A stretch of DNA of 29,623 nucleotides from Octopus sinensis (GCF_006345805.1 NW_021833349.1:1-29623); one strand, 5' to 3'; positions 19,065-29,623 are shown, counted from the first letter of the stretch. Made by a program: numbers and translations. Notes: generated from the sequence alone by a model not told the origin.

Positions 19065-19120
19065 TGTATGTATGTATGTATGTATGTATGTAGTATGTAT
19101 GTATGTATGTGTGTGTGTAT
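18767..19120. repeat. Compound (TA)n/(TG)n/(TATG)n block with a short unique spacer
   Basis: Directly visible. Confidence 0.85.
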
Positions 19121-19284
19121 TTGTACACGCATCTTCACCTCTGCTCCAATTGTCCCTCTCTTTAACATTCCATCCTCTTAGATAACACTGTTCGCATTTC
19201 ACAATGCAACAGGCATTTATTTCGCCAAATTCCCTAATAGCTATTTAGCTCTATCTAAACAGGTACTTATTTAATTACTGTATA

Positions 19285-19438
19285 CACTCACACACACACA
19301 CACACACACACACACCACACACACACACACACATACGCGCAGACACACACACACATACACGTAAACACACAAAACGCATATTCAGCAACCCACGTACATG
19401 TGTATATGTTCATACATACATATGTATATATATGTAAT

Positions 19439-19474
<36 letters not shown>

Positions 19475-19560
19475 CACATTTGTGTGTATATATTTATACA
19501 TATATATGTATGTATATCTATCTATCAATCTGTGTGTGTGTGTGTCTGTCTGTCTTTCTG
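19285..19560. repeat. Compound (CA)n/(TA)n/(TG)n block
   Basis: Directly visible. Confidence 0.85.
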
Positions 19561-19642
19561 TCTATCTGTGAATTTTGTCAGTCTTTCTCCCGCTAACAGT
19601 CAATCAATAAATCAAACAATCAATTAATCAATCTATCTATCT

Positions 19643-19800
19643 AGGAGTGGTTGTGTGGTAAATAGCTTGCTTACCAACCACATGGTTCGGGTTCAGTCCC
19701 CCTGCATGGCACCTTGGGCAAGTGTCTTATACTATAGCCTCGAGCTGACCAAAGCCTGTGAGTGGATTTGGTTGTCGGAAACTGAAAGAAGCTCGTCGTA

Positions 19801-19842
<42 letters not shown>

Positions 19843-19928
19843 ATATATATTATATATATATATATATATAATATATATATATAAATAAATATATACATAT
19901 ATATATGTATGTATATATATATATATAG

Positions 19929-19963
<35 letters not shown>

Positions 19964-20196
19964 TATATATATATATATGTATATGTATGTGGGTATATGT
20001 TTGTGTTTGTCCCCAACATCGCTTGACAACCGATGCTGGTGTGGTTTACGTCCTGGTAATCTAGCGGTTCGGCAAAAAAGGCCAATAGAATAAGTACAGG
20101 CTTACAAAGATAACTCATGGGGTCGAATTGCTCGACTAAAGGCGGTACTCCAGCATGGCCGCAGTCAAATGACTAAAACAAGTAAAAGAGTAAAGA
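19643..20196 (+). mobile_element. SINE family B, near full length, with an expanded internal (TA)n of about 190 bp
   Basis: AGGAGTGGTTGTGTGGTAA head, ...GAAAGAAGCTCGTCG(TA)n...CGCTTGACAACCGATGCTGG...ACAAGTAAAAGAGTAAAG tail. Confidence 0.9.
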
Positions 20197-20218
20197 GGAA
20201 AAGATCAAAGTGTAAAAA

Positions 20219-20345
20219 GATCTATCTATCTATCTATCTCTATCTATCTATCCTATCTATCTATCTATCTATCTATCTATTATCTATCTATCTACCTATC
20301 TATCTATCTACTCTATCTATCTATCTATCTATCTATCTTCTATCT

Positions 20346-20378
<33 letters not shown>
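20219..20378. repeat. (TATC)n microsatellite
   Basis: Directly visible. Confidence 0.95.
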
Positions 20379-20380
<2 letters not shown>

Positions 20381-20419
20381 TTTCGCGTGTATGTGAGTTT
20401 GTATATGAATGGCTTCCAA

Positions 20420-20545
20420 GCAGTTTCCGTCCACCAGGTTCATTTGTCGGTTCCAGGGCTTTAGTAGAAGAAACTTGTCCAAGGAGCCGTGCTGGACCCG
20501 AAACCACCTGGTCGCAAAGCGAATTTCTTCACCACACGCCTGCAC
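20420..20545 (-). mobile_element. SINE family B, old diverged 5' part
   Basis: CAGTTTCCGTCCACCA...AGTAGAAGAAACTTGTCCAAGG...CCGAAACCACCTGGT...CACCACAC. Confidence 0.6.
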
Positions 20546-20674
20546 ATACTTATATGCATAGTTCTTACTGACCCTCAAATCAAATCCCAAAAGGTTCCAA
20601 CTGTGACCATCTCGTCTCTCGTTTCCCTTCTCCCGTCTATTTTTGCTCGACTTTACTAGCCATCAAGCACTATT

Positions 20675-21045
20675 TATTTCTCTGTCGTTACGTTCTGAGT
20701 TCAAATTCCGCCGAGGTCGACTTTGTCTTTCATCCTTTCGGAGTCGATAAATTAAGTACCAGTTACGCACTGGAGTCGATGTAATCGACTTAATCCGTTT
20801 GTCTGTCCTTCTTTGTCCCTTCTGTGTTTAGCCCCTTGTGGGCAGTAAAGAAATAGAAATAGGTATATCGTCTGTCTTTGCATTCTGAGTTCAAATTCCA
20901 CCGAAGTCGACTTTGCCTTTCATCTTTTCGGGGTCGATAAATTAAGTACCAGTTACGCACTGGGGTCGATGTAATCGACTTAATCCGTTTGTCTGTCCTT
21001 CTTTGTCCTCTCTCTGTTTAGCCCCTTGTGGGCAATAAAGAAATA
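20675..21045 (+). mobile_element. SINE family A, headless dimer of body-tail units
   Basis: Two units with a period of about 189 bp, each with TTCTGAGTTCAAATTCC...GCCCCTTGTGGGCA.TAAAGAAATA. TATTTCTCTG occurs at both edges. Confidence 0.9.
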
Positions 21046-21374
21046 TATTTCTCTGACAATAGGGAGTAAATCCTTGGGTTAATTTGGCTGCTAATTTTAG
21101 CGCTTCAGATCGCTACGTAAATACATTTCCCGCATCGTAATGCAATCAGACTGAGATTAGGCTGCGATATTTACCACATCAAGCGACTACATACAAGCAT
21201 CTTCATCGGCTTATCTATATATCAGTGTGTACATTCCTTCATTCACTCCACTTTGAATAATCGATTTCTCTAGCTATTATTGATTTAAGAAGCTGAATTC
21301 AACAGCGATAATTGGTAATATAGAACGGAGCTGTTGCCTTCATTTCGAAATTGCTTTTGCAACAACTACATAAT

Positions 21375-21546
21375 CGACTTATATATCTCTTTTTATGTAT
21401 GTGTGTGTATATGTGTGTATGTGTGTGTGTATGTATGTAGTATGTATGTATGTATGTATGTGTGTATGTACGTACGTATGTATACATGCATGTATGTGTG
21501 TATGTATATATGTATATATATGTGAATATATCTATGTATGCATGTA

Positions 21547-21596
<50 letters not shown>

Positions 21597-21738
21597 CGTG
21601 TGTGTGTGTGTGTGAGTGTGTGTATGTGTGTGGATGTATGTATGTATGTATACATGTATGTATGTGTGTATGTATATATATGTATATGTGTATTTTTATA
21701 GATGTGTGAATATATCTATGTAAGCATGTATGTGTGTG

Positions 21739-21769
<31 letters not shown>

Positions 21770-22056
21770 ATGTATGTACGTACGAATGTATACATGTATG
21801 TATGTGTATGTATATATGTATATGTGCATTTTTATAGATGTGTGAATATATCTATGTAAGCATGTATGTGTGTGTATATATATATATGTGTGTGTGTGTA
21901 TGTGTGTGTGTATGTATGTATGTATGTATGTTTGTACGTATATATGTGTGTGTGTGTGTGTATGTACGTACGTATGTATACATGTATGTATGTGTGTGCG
22001 TATATATGTATATGTGTATTTTTATAGATGTGGGAATATATCTATGTATGCATGTA

Positions 22057-22105
<49 letters not shown>

Positions 22106-22239
22106 ATGTATGTACGTACGTATATATGTATGTGTGTATGTGTGTATGTATACATGTATGCATTGTGTATGTATATATGTATATATTTATTTTTATAGAT
22201 GTGTGAATATATCTATGTATGCATGTATGTGTGTGTGTG

Positions 22240-22285
<46 letters not shown>

Positions 22286-22599
22286 CGTACGTATGTATAC
22301 ATGTATGTATGTGTATGTATATATGTATTTTTATAGATGTGTGAATATATGTATGTATGCATGTATGTGTGTGTGTATATATATGTGTGGTGTGTGTATG
22401 TATGTATGTATGTATTATGTATGTATGTATGTACGTACGTACATATGTATGTGTGTATGTATGTATTCATGTATGTATGTGTGTATGCATATATGTATAT
22501 ATGTATTTTATAGATGTGTGAATATATCTATGTATGCATGTATGTGTGTGTATATATATATGTGTGTGTGTGTGTGTGTATGTGTGTATGTATGTATGT

Positions 22600-22600
<1 letters not shown>
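21375..22600. repeat. Higher-order tandem repeat of microsatellite mosaics (7 anchors, 136-190-bp spacing)
   Basis: Anchor GAATATAT(C/G)TATG at 21524, 21708, 21844, 22034, 22205, 22343 and 22520, preceded by TTTTATAGATGTG in the last six. Confidence 0.85.
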
Positions 22601-22601
<1 letters not shown>

Positions 22602-22640
<39 letters not shown>

Positions 22641-22891
22641 ATAGGGTAAGGGAGAAAGTTCCATACGTAGAAACATGCGTATATACATACATTTCTGATT
22701 GTTTCATTGTCTGCCCCTCGCTGTATGTATGTATGTATGTATGTATGTATGTATGTATGTATTTATGTATGTATGGATGTATGTATGTATAGATGTATGT
22801 ATGTATGTATGTATGTATGTATGTATGTATGTATGTATGTATGTTTCTATGTATGGATGTATGCATGTATGTATGTATGTATGTATGTATG

Positions 22892-22923
<32 letters not shown>

Positions 22924-22950
22924 TGTATGTATGTATGTACGTATGTATGT
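22602..22950. repeat. (GA)n followed by a long (TATG)n tract
   Basis: (GA)n at 22602-22636; (TATG)n at about 22722-22950. Confidence 0.9.
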
Positions 22951-23439
22951 ATATATATGCCTGTACGCATTTACGCACAGAAAAAAGAAGCACCGAATCG
23001 TTAAAGAATTCGCCTCATAATCTTGCGAATTCAGGTTCGATCCTATTGCGTATCATTTTGTGTTGGTGTTAATTACCGAAGCCCCAAGCCGACCCCCCAG
23101 ATTTGCGTATGAAACTTCTAAGACAAAAACAGTTGTCGGCTTTGTAAGGTGAATTCTACAATATAGACGTGGTTTTCTCTATACGTATTGTTTTGTTGTC
23201 AAATACTGTGAATTCCTCGAAATTCTTCTATTCTGATTTACTTGTCGTACATGAGGATTTATCTTGGATGTGTATTCTACTGATATTTACTGGTGACTAA
23301 TTGTTGGAAATTGGTAACCAAATTCTTTTAATGCTGAGTGCTTTATTGGTACCTGCTTGAATTTTGTAACCCCTCTTTTTCTTATATTATAATATATTAT
23401 ATATATATATATATAAAACGATAATCGTCGCACATTTCA

Positions 23440-23508
23440 AGCCTAGCCAGGCTTATGGTCACGGTTTCCCGGTTTCTGTGGTGTATGTGTTCCCCCCAGC
23501 CCACGGGA
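23440..23508 (-). mobile_element. Possible 3' fragment of SINE family C
   Basis: CGGTTTCCCGGTTTCTGTGGTGTATGTGTTCCCCC...CGGGAC resembles the reverse complement of 8715-8770. Confidence 0.4.
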
Positions 23509-23848
23509 CTTATATATATATATATATATATGCACATATATAAACACATATATATATACATTTTGAGGAGTTAAGAAATAATTGAGATTCTGTTGTTATG
23601 TACTTAAGTTGAAGCACTAAGTCAGTCCATATTATCCGCACAGCTCGAAGTAAGGTGGATAAAATCACAATAAGCAACAGGATATCAAGAAGTGATGCAG
23701 TACGACCGTTTCTAGTGACTCCATTTAATTGAACAATGCGATCGTTACAGCAATTTAAATGCAGACCTATCCTCTGCTGCACAAATAAACAGAATTTTAA
23801 TTAGTTGGATATTAATATAATTTATTAAACTACTTTAACAGAGCAAGA

Positions 23849-23849
<1 letters not shown>

Positions 23850-23911
<62 letters not shown>

Positions 23912-23925
23912 CTATATATCTATGT
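23850..23925. repeat. (TA)n
   Basis: Directly visible. Confidence 0.9.
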
Positions 23926-23931
23926 TTATAT

Positions 23932-24057
23932 GTCTACCAAATCTAATCACAAGGCTTTTGTCCTTTCGGGAATATAGTAGGAGATATTCGCGCTGGGTGA
24001 CACGCGTGGGATTGAACTTGGAACCATGTGGTGAGAAGCAACTTGCCACACCTACAT
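23932..24057 (-). mobile_element. SINE family B, old diverged 5' part
   Basis: GTCTACCAAATCTAATCACAAGGCTTT...CACGCGTGGGATTGAACTTGGAACCATGTGG. Confidence 0.65.
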
Positions 24058-24079
24058 GTGGAAATCAAAACTTACATAC

Positions 24080-24160
24080 ATATTATATATATATATATAT
24101 ATATACATAATATTTTATATATATAGATATATATATGCATAACTTTTCTCTCTCTCTCTA

Positions 24161-24214
<54 letters not shown>

Positions 24215-24302
24215 ACGTACATATATATAATATATATCTATATCTCTCTATTATCTATCTATCTATCTTCTATCTATCTATATCTATCTATCTATCTATC
24301 TA

Positions 24303-24340
<38 letters not shown>
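24080..24340. repeat. (TA)n/(TC)n/(TATC)n block
   Basis: Directly visible. Confidence 0.9.
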
Positions 24341-24343
<3 letters not shown>

Positions 24344-24639
24344 CCATTATACGTACACATACGCAAGCATACACAATCATATGTAAATGTACAAATATTT
24401 GTGTGGGTGTAGTTTTATAATACAAACAAATTTTAATACAAATATTTTATTTGAATTCAGATTTTTTTCTTCTAAAGACATAAACATAACGCAGGCACGC
24501 TTACACAGAGGCGCGCGCACGCGAGCCTACTCCCAGAGCAGAAATATATATGTTTACAAACACTGTGTCATATCTATTCATGTTTGGGTGTGATATGAAT
24601 TTATATTCAAATATATATTTATTTATTTATGTTGCTTAA

Positions 24640-24865
24640 TGTGTGTGTGTTTGTGTGTGTATGTGTATGTGTGTATTTATGTCATTTTATGCTATGTATG
24701 TCTATATATATACATGTACATACATATATATAACATACACAAACTCACACATATATAATATATATATATAATATATATATATGGTATATATATATATATT
24801 ATATATTATATATATATATATATATATAATATATATAGACATATACATGTTATATGTACAAGCAT

Positions 24866-24896
<31 letters not shown>

Positions 24897-25083
24897 GCAT
24901 CTGAACAAGCATATATATATATACACACATCTGCACACACAAACACACATGCACAAATTATATATGCATGGTGTGTATACATAGATGCACACATTTATTA
25001 AAATACATATAAGTATATACATATATATATATTTATAAATGCACACACGTATAGAATCAGACACGGACACACGCACACATACG

Positions 25084-25125
<42 letters not shown>

Positions 25126-25223
25126 CACACATATATAATATATATACAAATTTACATACATAGAAACATATGTGTCTGTGCGTGCATGCATCTGCGTATA
25201 TATATATATATATGTGTGTGTGT

Positions 25224-25262
<39 letters not shown>
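24640..25262. repeat. Compound (TA)n/(CA)n/(TG)n low-complexity block
   Basis: Directly visible. Confidence 0.85.
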
Positions 25263-25486
25263 ATGTATAAAGACAGAGAGAAACTCCTGTGACCTGGGTG
25301 TGTTTATGTGTGCGTAAATTATTTGGAGCTTGCGTTTTGTCTGTTCGCTTTTATAGTTCTTATTTGTATATAATTTGGCAGGTTAAATATCAGCAGTCAC
25401 CCATGGCTACCTCCGTACTTATCTACCTGCTTCGCTATATACATTCATGAAAAAACCCACCCCATTCAACATATAAGTATATTTAT

Positions 25487-25782
25487 TCTCTTATTCTTTT
25501 ATTTGTTTCAGTCATTTCACTGCGGCCATGCTGGAGCGCCGCCTTTAGTCGAGCAAATCGACCCGAGGAATTATTCTTTGTAAGCCTAGTACTTATTCTA
25601 TCGGTCTCTTTTGCTGAACCGCTAAGTTACGGCGGCGTGAACACATCAACATTGGTTGTCGTGCGATGGTGGGTGGACAAACACAGACACACAAATACAT
25701 AAATACATACATACATACATACATACATACATACATACATACATACATACATACATACATACATACATACGATGGGCTTCTT
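25487..25782 (-). mobile_element. SINE family B, 3' two-thirds with internal (CATA)n
   Basis: TTTGTTTCAGTCATTTCACTGCGGCCATGCTGGAGC...(CATA)nCGATGGGCTTCTTT. Confidence 0.88.
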
Positions 25783-25815
25783 TATAAAGTATTTATAAAT
25801 AGTTTTTGTTTAGAG

Positions 25816-26113
25816 ATGGATAAGTCAGAAATTCGTACAGTTTTGAAATATGAGTTCCTTCTTGGAAATATAACATCACAGACAGCTCGGAATATTAATG
25901 GAGTATTTCATTCTAATGTTATTACACAGCAGACAGTATCAAATTGGTTTGCAAAATTTCATTCTGGTAACTTTGACCTCACAAATGAACAACATGGTCG
26001 ACCAGAAATAAAGGTGGATAATGATCTGAAAGCCACCGTTGAGTCAGATCCATCTCAAAGTGTCTGAGAATTATCGTTGTTGTTTGGTGTTAGCAAGCAA
26101 ACAATATTGACTC
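25816..26113 (+). mobile_element. Mariner transposase N-terminal fragment (Mos1/Hsmar1-type HTH), pseudogenised
   Basis: MDKSEIRTVLKYEFLLGNITSQTARNINGVFHSNVITQQTVSNWFAKFHSGNFDLTNEQHGRPEIKVDNDLKATVESDPSQSV*ELSLLFGVSKQTILT, with mariner motifs R...YEF..G....TARNIN..F, TV..WF.KF.SG.FDL and GRP. Confidence 0.9.
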
Positions 26114-26783
26114 TTGGATTAAGTTGAACACCATTCAGATGACAAGGGAATCTCTGATCAAGTTTAGACACTTTCCCTACTTCGAGATGTTTTACGATCA
26201 ACGTGTGGCTTGAATTGAATTATTTTACTAATTCTTGTGAAGATTGGTTTGGATTTTCCTCCTCTACGGGTTTCAGAAGGTCGATATTGAAAGAATTTGG
26301 TCGTCCTTTTCGTGGGGAATCTGCGTGAGAAAATTTTTCCGACGGAAACAGGCACAGCCATCGTTGATATGCAAGCAGGCTTGTCGCCAGACTTTAGTAC
26401 CTGAGGGTGCATCAGAATACACTCTGTGAGCACTAATTTGTATTGCGGGAAGATGTTTGTAAACTGTATTTTCTAAATTTGAAGGTAGCACCATTGAATA
26501 GTGGGGGTGGTGGTACCCTTAGTGACGGGTACGATAATCAGATTTCAGGAAGAGTTTTATGAACTGCATTTTCTAAATCTGAGGGTGCATCATCGAATAA
26601 AGAGGGTGCAGTACCATCCAGTGCGCCGTCCCTTCTTTAGCTACAGGCATGTAAGTATATATGGACAATTGAAGCTTCATTTCCATAGCCAGAACATATA
26701 TTTCTTGCTACTTCTATTGTTGCAAAGTCCCTTGTCAATTCATACAGCGTTCAGTATCTGATATGGGGCTCATTAAAATTCAT
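26113..26783 (-). mobile_element. Second, different mariner transposase N-terminal fragment, interrupted by an insertion of about 290 bp
   Basis: Minus strand: MNFNEPHIRY*TLYELTRDFATIEVARNICSGYGNEASIVHI[insertion]YQRW/CFRRKNF/DSPRKGRPNSFNIDLLKPVEEENPNQSSQELVK*FNSSHTLIVKHLEVGKVSKLDQRFPCHLNGVQLNPR. The last part aligns with the mariner LGKV.KL..WVPH.L motif. Confidence 0.8.
26370..26655. mobile_element. Small insertion with degenerate inverted ends and internal repeats (MITE-like, unclassified)
   Basis: CAGGCTTGTCGCCAG versus the reverse complement of the right end, CATGCCTGTAGCTAA. GAGGGTGCA occurs three times. ATTTTCTAAAT.TGA.GGT.GCA is repeated 100 bp apart. The insert interrupts the mariner HTH. 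Confidence 0.55.
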
Positions 26784-27040
26784 TTTGAAACAATAAAATC
26801 AATAGGAATTTAATTACTGAGGTATAAAATAATCTACAAAGAAAGTAAAATGGAGAAAAAAAAAACATTAGCATGTAACAATTAATGCTTATTTTATCGA
26901 TAATGAATAAACATCCTCCAAAAGGTCGGGACAAAATGCGATAACACTCTCCTGATTAGTATATGTATATACATACACATAAATAGATAGATACATCCAT
27001 ACACACACACACGTGAGTGTGTTATATATATATATATATT

Positions 27041-27448
27041 CTTTACTCTCTTTTACTCTTTCACTTGTTTCAGTCATTTGACTGCGGCCGTGCTGGAGCA
27101 CCGCCTTTTAGTGGAGCAAATCGACCCCGGGACTTATTCTTTGTAAGCCCAGTACTTATTCTATCGGTCTCTTTTGCCGAACCGCTAAATGACGGAGACG
27201 TAAGCACACCAGCATCGGTTGTCAAGCAATGCTAGGGGGACAAACACAGACACACAAACACATAGATACATACATATATATATATATATATAATATATAT
27301 ATATATACGACTGGCTTCTTTTCAGTTTCTGTCTACCAAATCCACTCACAAGGCTTTGGTCGTCCCGGGGCTATACCTGAAGACGCAGTGGGACTGAACC
27401 CGGAACCATGTGGTTGGTAAGCAAGCTACTTACCACACAGCCACTCCT
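27041..27448 (-). mobile_element. SINE family B, near full length
   Basis: Matches 9836-10232 along its length, with a small internal deletion near 27385. Confidence 0.92.
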
Positions 27449-27494
27449 CTGTGTGTGTGTGTGTGTGTGTGTTGTGTGTGTGTATGTATATATA

Positions 27495-27704
27495 TTCTTT
27501 CATTTGATTTCAGTCATTTGACTGCGGCCATGCTGGAACACTGCCTTTAGTCGAACAAATCGATGCCAGCACGTATTTTTTTGTAAGCCTAGTAGTTATT
27601 CTATCGTTCTGTTTTGCCGAACCGGTAAGTTACGGGGTCGTAAACACACCAACATCGGTTGTCGAGTGATGGTGGGAGACAAATAGACACACAAACATAC
27701 ATAC
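27495..27704 (-). mobile_element. SINE family B, 3' half
   Basis: CAGTCATTTGACTGCGGCCATGCTGG...TTGCCGAACCGG...CATCGGTTGTC...GACACACAAACATACATAC. Confidence 0.85.
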
Positions 27705-27847
27705 TGTGGAACGGAGTTGCAGGGGCGCCGTCGTCGTTGCATAGGGATATCTCAGGGATTTGTTGGAGTAGCAGAGCCCATTCCTCTGAAAGTCTCACCG
27801 AAGATGATTTCTTCAAGAAGGTAAAATTAACGGAATGAATGGACAGA

Positions 27848-27848
27848 A

Positions 27849-27890
<42 letters not shown>

Positions 27891-27932
27891 GAAAGAGAGA
27901 GAGGGAGAGAGAGAGTGAGAGAGAGAGTGAGA
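27848..27932. repeat. (GA)n
   Basis: Directly visible. Confidence 0.9.
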
Positions 27933-27941
27933 AAATATCGA

Positions 27942-28183
27942 TATGGCTGCATGGTTAAGAAGTTCGCTTTGCAAGTATCAAGCACAAGGTTTCGGGGTTC
28001 GGTTCCACTGCTTGGCACCATGGTCAAGTGTTTTCTACTACTACTACACACACACGCCACACACACACACACGCACACACACACACACACATATATATAT
28101 ATGAATGAGTGTGTGTGTATGGGGAAGGGGTGTGTTTGTGCATGTCTGACTTTGTGTTTGTCCTCCACACCGCTTGACAACTG
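27942..28183 (+). mobile_element. SINE family B-like, old diverged copy with internal (CA)n/(TG)n
   Basis: ATGGCTGCATGGTTAAGAAG...GGGTTCGGTTCCACTGCTTGGCACCATGGTCAAGTGTTTTCTACTA...GTGTTTGTCCTCCACACCGCTTGACAAC. Confidence 0.65.
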
Positions 28184-29115
28184 ACCATTGATTACAATCC
28201 CAGAAGTCCATGAGGTCAATTGCAAAAGATCTCCATGTGTCAGAAGGAACAGCCAGAAATGTTGTCCAGGAAGACATCAGATACAAGTCTTATATGATGA
28301 GGGAAAGGGCAATTTGTCCGAAAAAGCAAAAGAAAATCACTACATCAGATCTAAAAAGCTCTTTAACAGACTGAAAAATCCAGCAGAAGATGATTTGATT
28401 TGGTCTTTCTCAAACAAGAAAAACATCGACCAAGATCAAAAAGTTAACAGAAGAAATGACAGATTTGTTATGTGCAGAGCATTCTGAAGTTCCAAATGTT
28501 ATGCATATAAAATTTCCTGCAACTGTGATGGTTTTAGGGGTTGTCAGCAATAAAGGACATGTGATGCTTCCTTACTTCTTTCCACAAGGCCTGACAGTTA
28601 ACTCTGCCGCCTGCATTGAGGTCCTGGAAATAATTGTTAAGCCCTGGATAGACAATGTATGCAATGGAAGGCCATATGTGTTTCAGTAAGACTTTACACT
28701 ATCACATATGGCTCTAGTAACATAGGAATGGATGGCTGAAAATGTTCATGATCACATAACCCCTAACATTTGGCCCCCTAATTCCCCAGATCTCAATCCA
28801 TTGGATTATTACATGTGGAACGTTGTTGAGAGAGAGGTCAATGAACACGCTTGTAACACCAAAGTTTCTTTGAAAGCTGCCATAGTCAGAGTAATGTCCG
28901 AAATTAACCAGGCCCACTTGATTCGAGCATGTAGATGATTTAGATCTCATACAAAAGCAGTTGTTGAAGCTGAAGGTGGCTTTATTAAATAACATTATAG
29001 AAAAGAAAGTTTATTTTTATCCTCATAGCATTTTTTGATAAATAAAGTTATTATTTGTTATTATATATCTGTTTTTTTTTATAAACATAAGTCTGTCCTC
29101 AAATATCTTACCTCT
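28184..29115 (+). mobile_element. maT (DD37D, Bmmar1-like) transposon, 3' two-thirds, pseudogenised
   Basis: SMRSIAKDLHVSEGTARNVVQEDIRYKSY...IWSFSNKKNIDQDQKVNRRNDR...KFPATVMVLGVVSNKGHVM...PWID...YVFQ*D-(37 aa, counted by hand)-WPPNSPDLNPLDYYMW...EAEGGFIK* (stop at 28990-92). A probable degenerate right TIR ends before TA at 29116-17. Confidence 0.9.
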
Positions 29116-29164
29116 TATACGTTTGAGCCCTAAGGTCGTGGCTATGCCGGGGCACCCACGACTA

Positions 29165-29395
29165 TTTCACACATACATGCATGCATACATACATACATAC
29201 TACATACATACATACATACATACATAATACAAACAGACAGACAGACATTCCTATATACATATATAGACATATTTGTCGACTCGCAAACCCTACATAGCGA
29301 AACAAACTTATTCGCAGCAACATTTTCACACACACACACACACACACACAAACAAACAAACAAATACTCATACATACATACATGTAGGCATATGA
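29165..29395. repeat. (CATA)n/(CA)n/(CAAA)n block
   Basis: Directly visible. Confidence 0.85.
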
Positions 29396-29623
29396 CCACA
29401 AATACAGATAATTACCTTCCCATATAACAAATAATTTGTCGGTAATAACATTTCTGTGCCATTAACATATATCAATGATATCATATCACTAACAAGGATG
29501 ACGTCTAGTTTTTTTCCAACGGTTATAAATATAACTGTTAACCATACATTCTTTATGCCCCCTCCTTTTTTTTTCTCTTCTGTGTGTCTGTGTGTCTTAT
29601 TGTCTGTCTATCTGTCTGCCTGT

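Noticed and set aside
21440-22600. Regularly spaced conserved anchors as a CRISPR-like array
   Set aside because: The intervening sequences are homologous microsatellite mosaics rather than unique spacers; the context is eukaryotic and there are no cas genes.
23540-23850. Unique-looking segment abutting (TA)n, possibly another Penelope-like end or an exon (ORF 23510-23782)
   Set aside because: No palindrome, second copy, splice signals or recognisable motif.
26501-26761. Plus-strand ORF MGVVVPLVTG... with an internal GTAAGT donor-like site, and ORFs 26164-26433 and 26273-26494
   Set aside because: These are antisense or off-frame readings of the minus-strand mariner relic and its insertion.
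1659-27420. ORFs with recurring peptides such as MRNW..IYRPRKDERQSRP, RASFSFRLPNPLTRLWSARG and GTEPGTMWLVSKLLT
   Set aside because: They are translations of SINE A and B consensus sequence and recur at each copy.
986-28040. tRNA-like A/B boxes as true tRNA genes
   Set aside because: All are SINE heads attached to SINE bodies; no complete cloverleaf was seen.
3289-29401. Dozens of ORFs rich in YI/VC/HT/MY/poly-I/poly-L (for example 21870-22649, 259 aa; 15273-15851; 13226-13666)
   Set aside because: They are translations of TA/CA/TATG/AAT microsatellites that lack stops in some frames; there is no protein signal.

Overview
Eukaryotic, AT-rich, extremely repeat-dense DNA with no intact protein-coding gene, rRNA, true tRNA or CRISPR array that I can support. 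The repeat content points to an octopus (coleoid cephalopod) genome; this is inferred from my recollection of the SINE families, not from a search. Contents: three tRNA-derived SINE families (called A, B, C here; about 26 copies or fragments), 3' fragments of four non-LTR retrotransposon clades (CR1, RTE, Tx1/L1, R4/Dong), five decayed Tc1/mariner transposase remnants (including a DD37D maT element), two mariner-type MITEs, a probable non-autonomous Helitron, a Penelope-like palindrome and long TA/CA/TATG/AAT/GA microsatellites. Most ORFs in the supplied track are microsatellite or repeat artefacts. I found no convincing novel multi-gene system. The best second-look items are: (1) a 124-bp TG...CA element with a 5-bp TSD whose removal exactly restores a mariner reading frame; (2) a 50-bp-arm palindrome at 18.6 kb; (3) head+[body-tail]n tandem SINE arrays; (4) an AAT-repeat domain (13.2-17.9 kb) co-occurring with an R4/Dong element; (5) a higher-order repeat built from microsatellite blocks; (6) two different mariner 5' halves fused tail-to-tail; (7) two small hairpins and a few weak exon candidates. 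Coordinates were read by eye, and the ends of degenerate copies are approximate.
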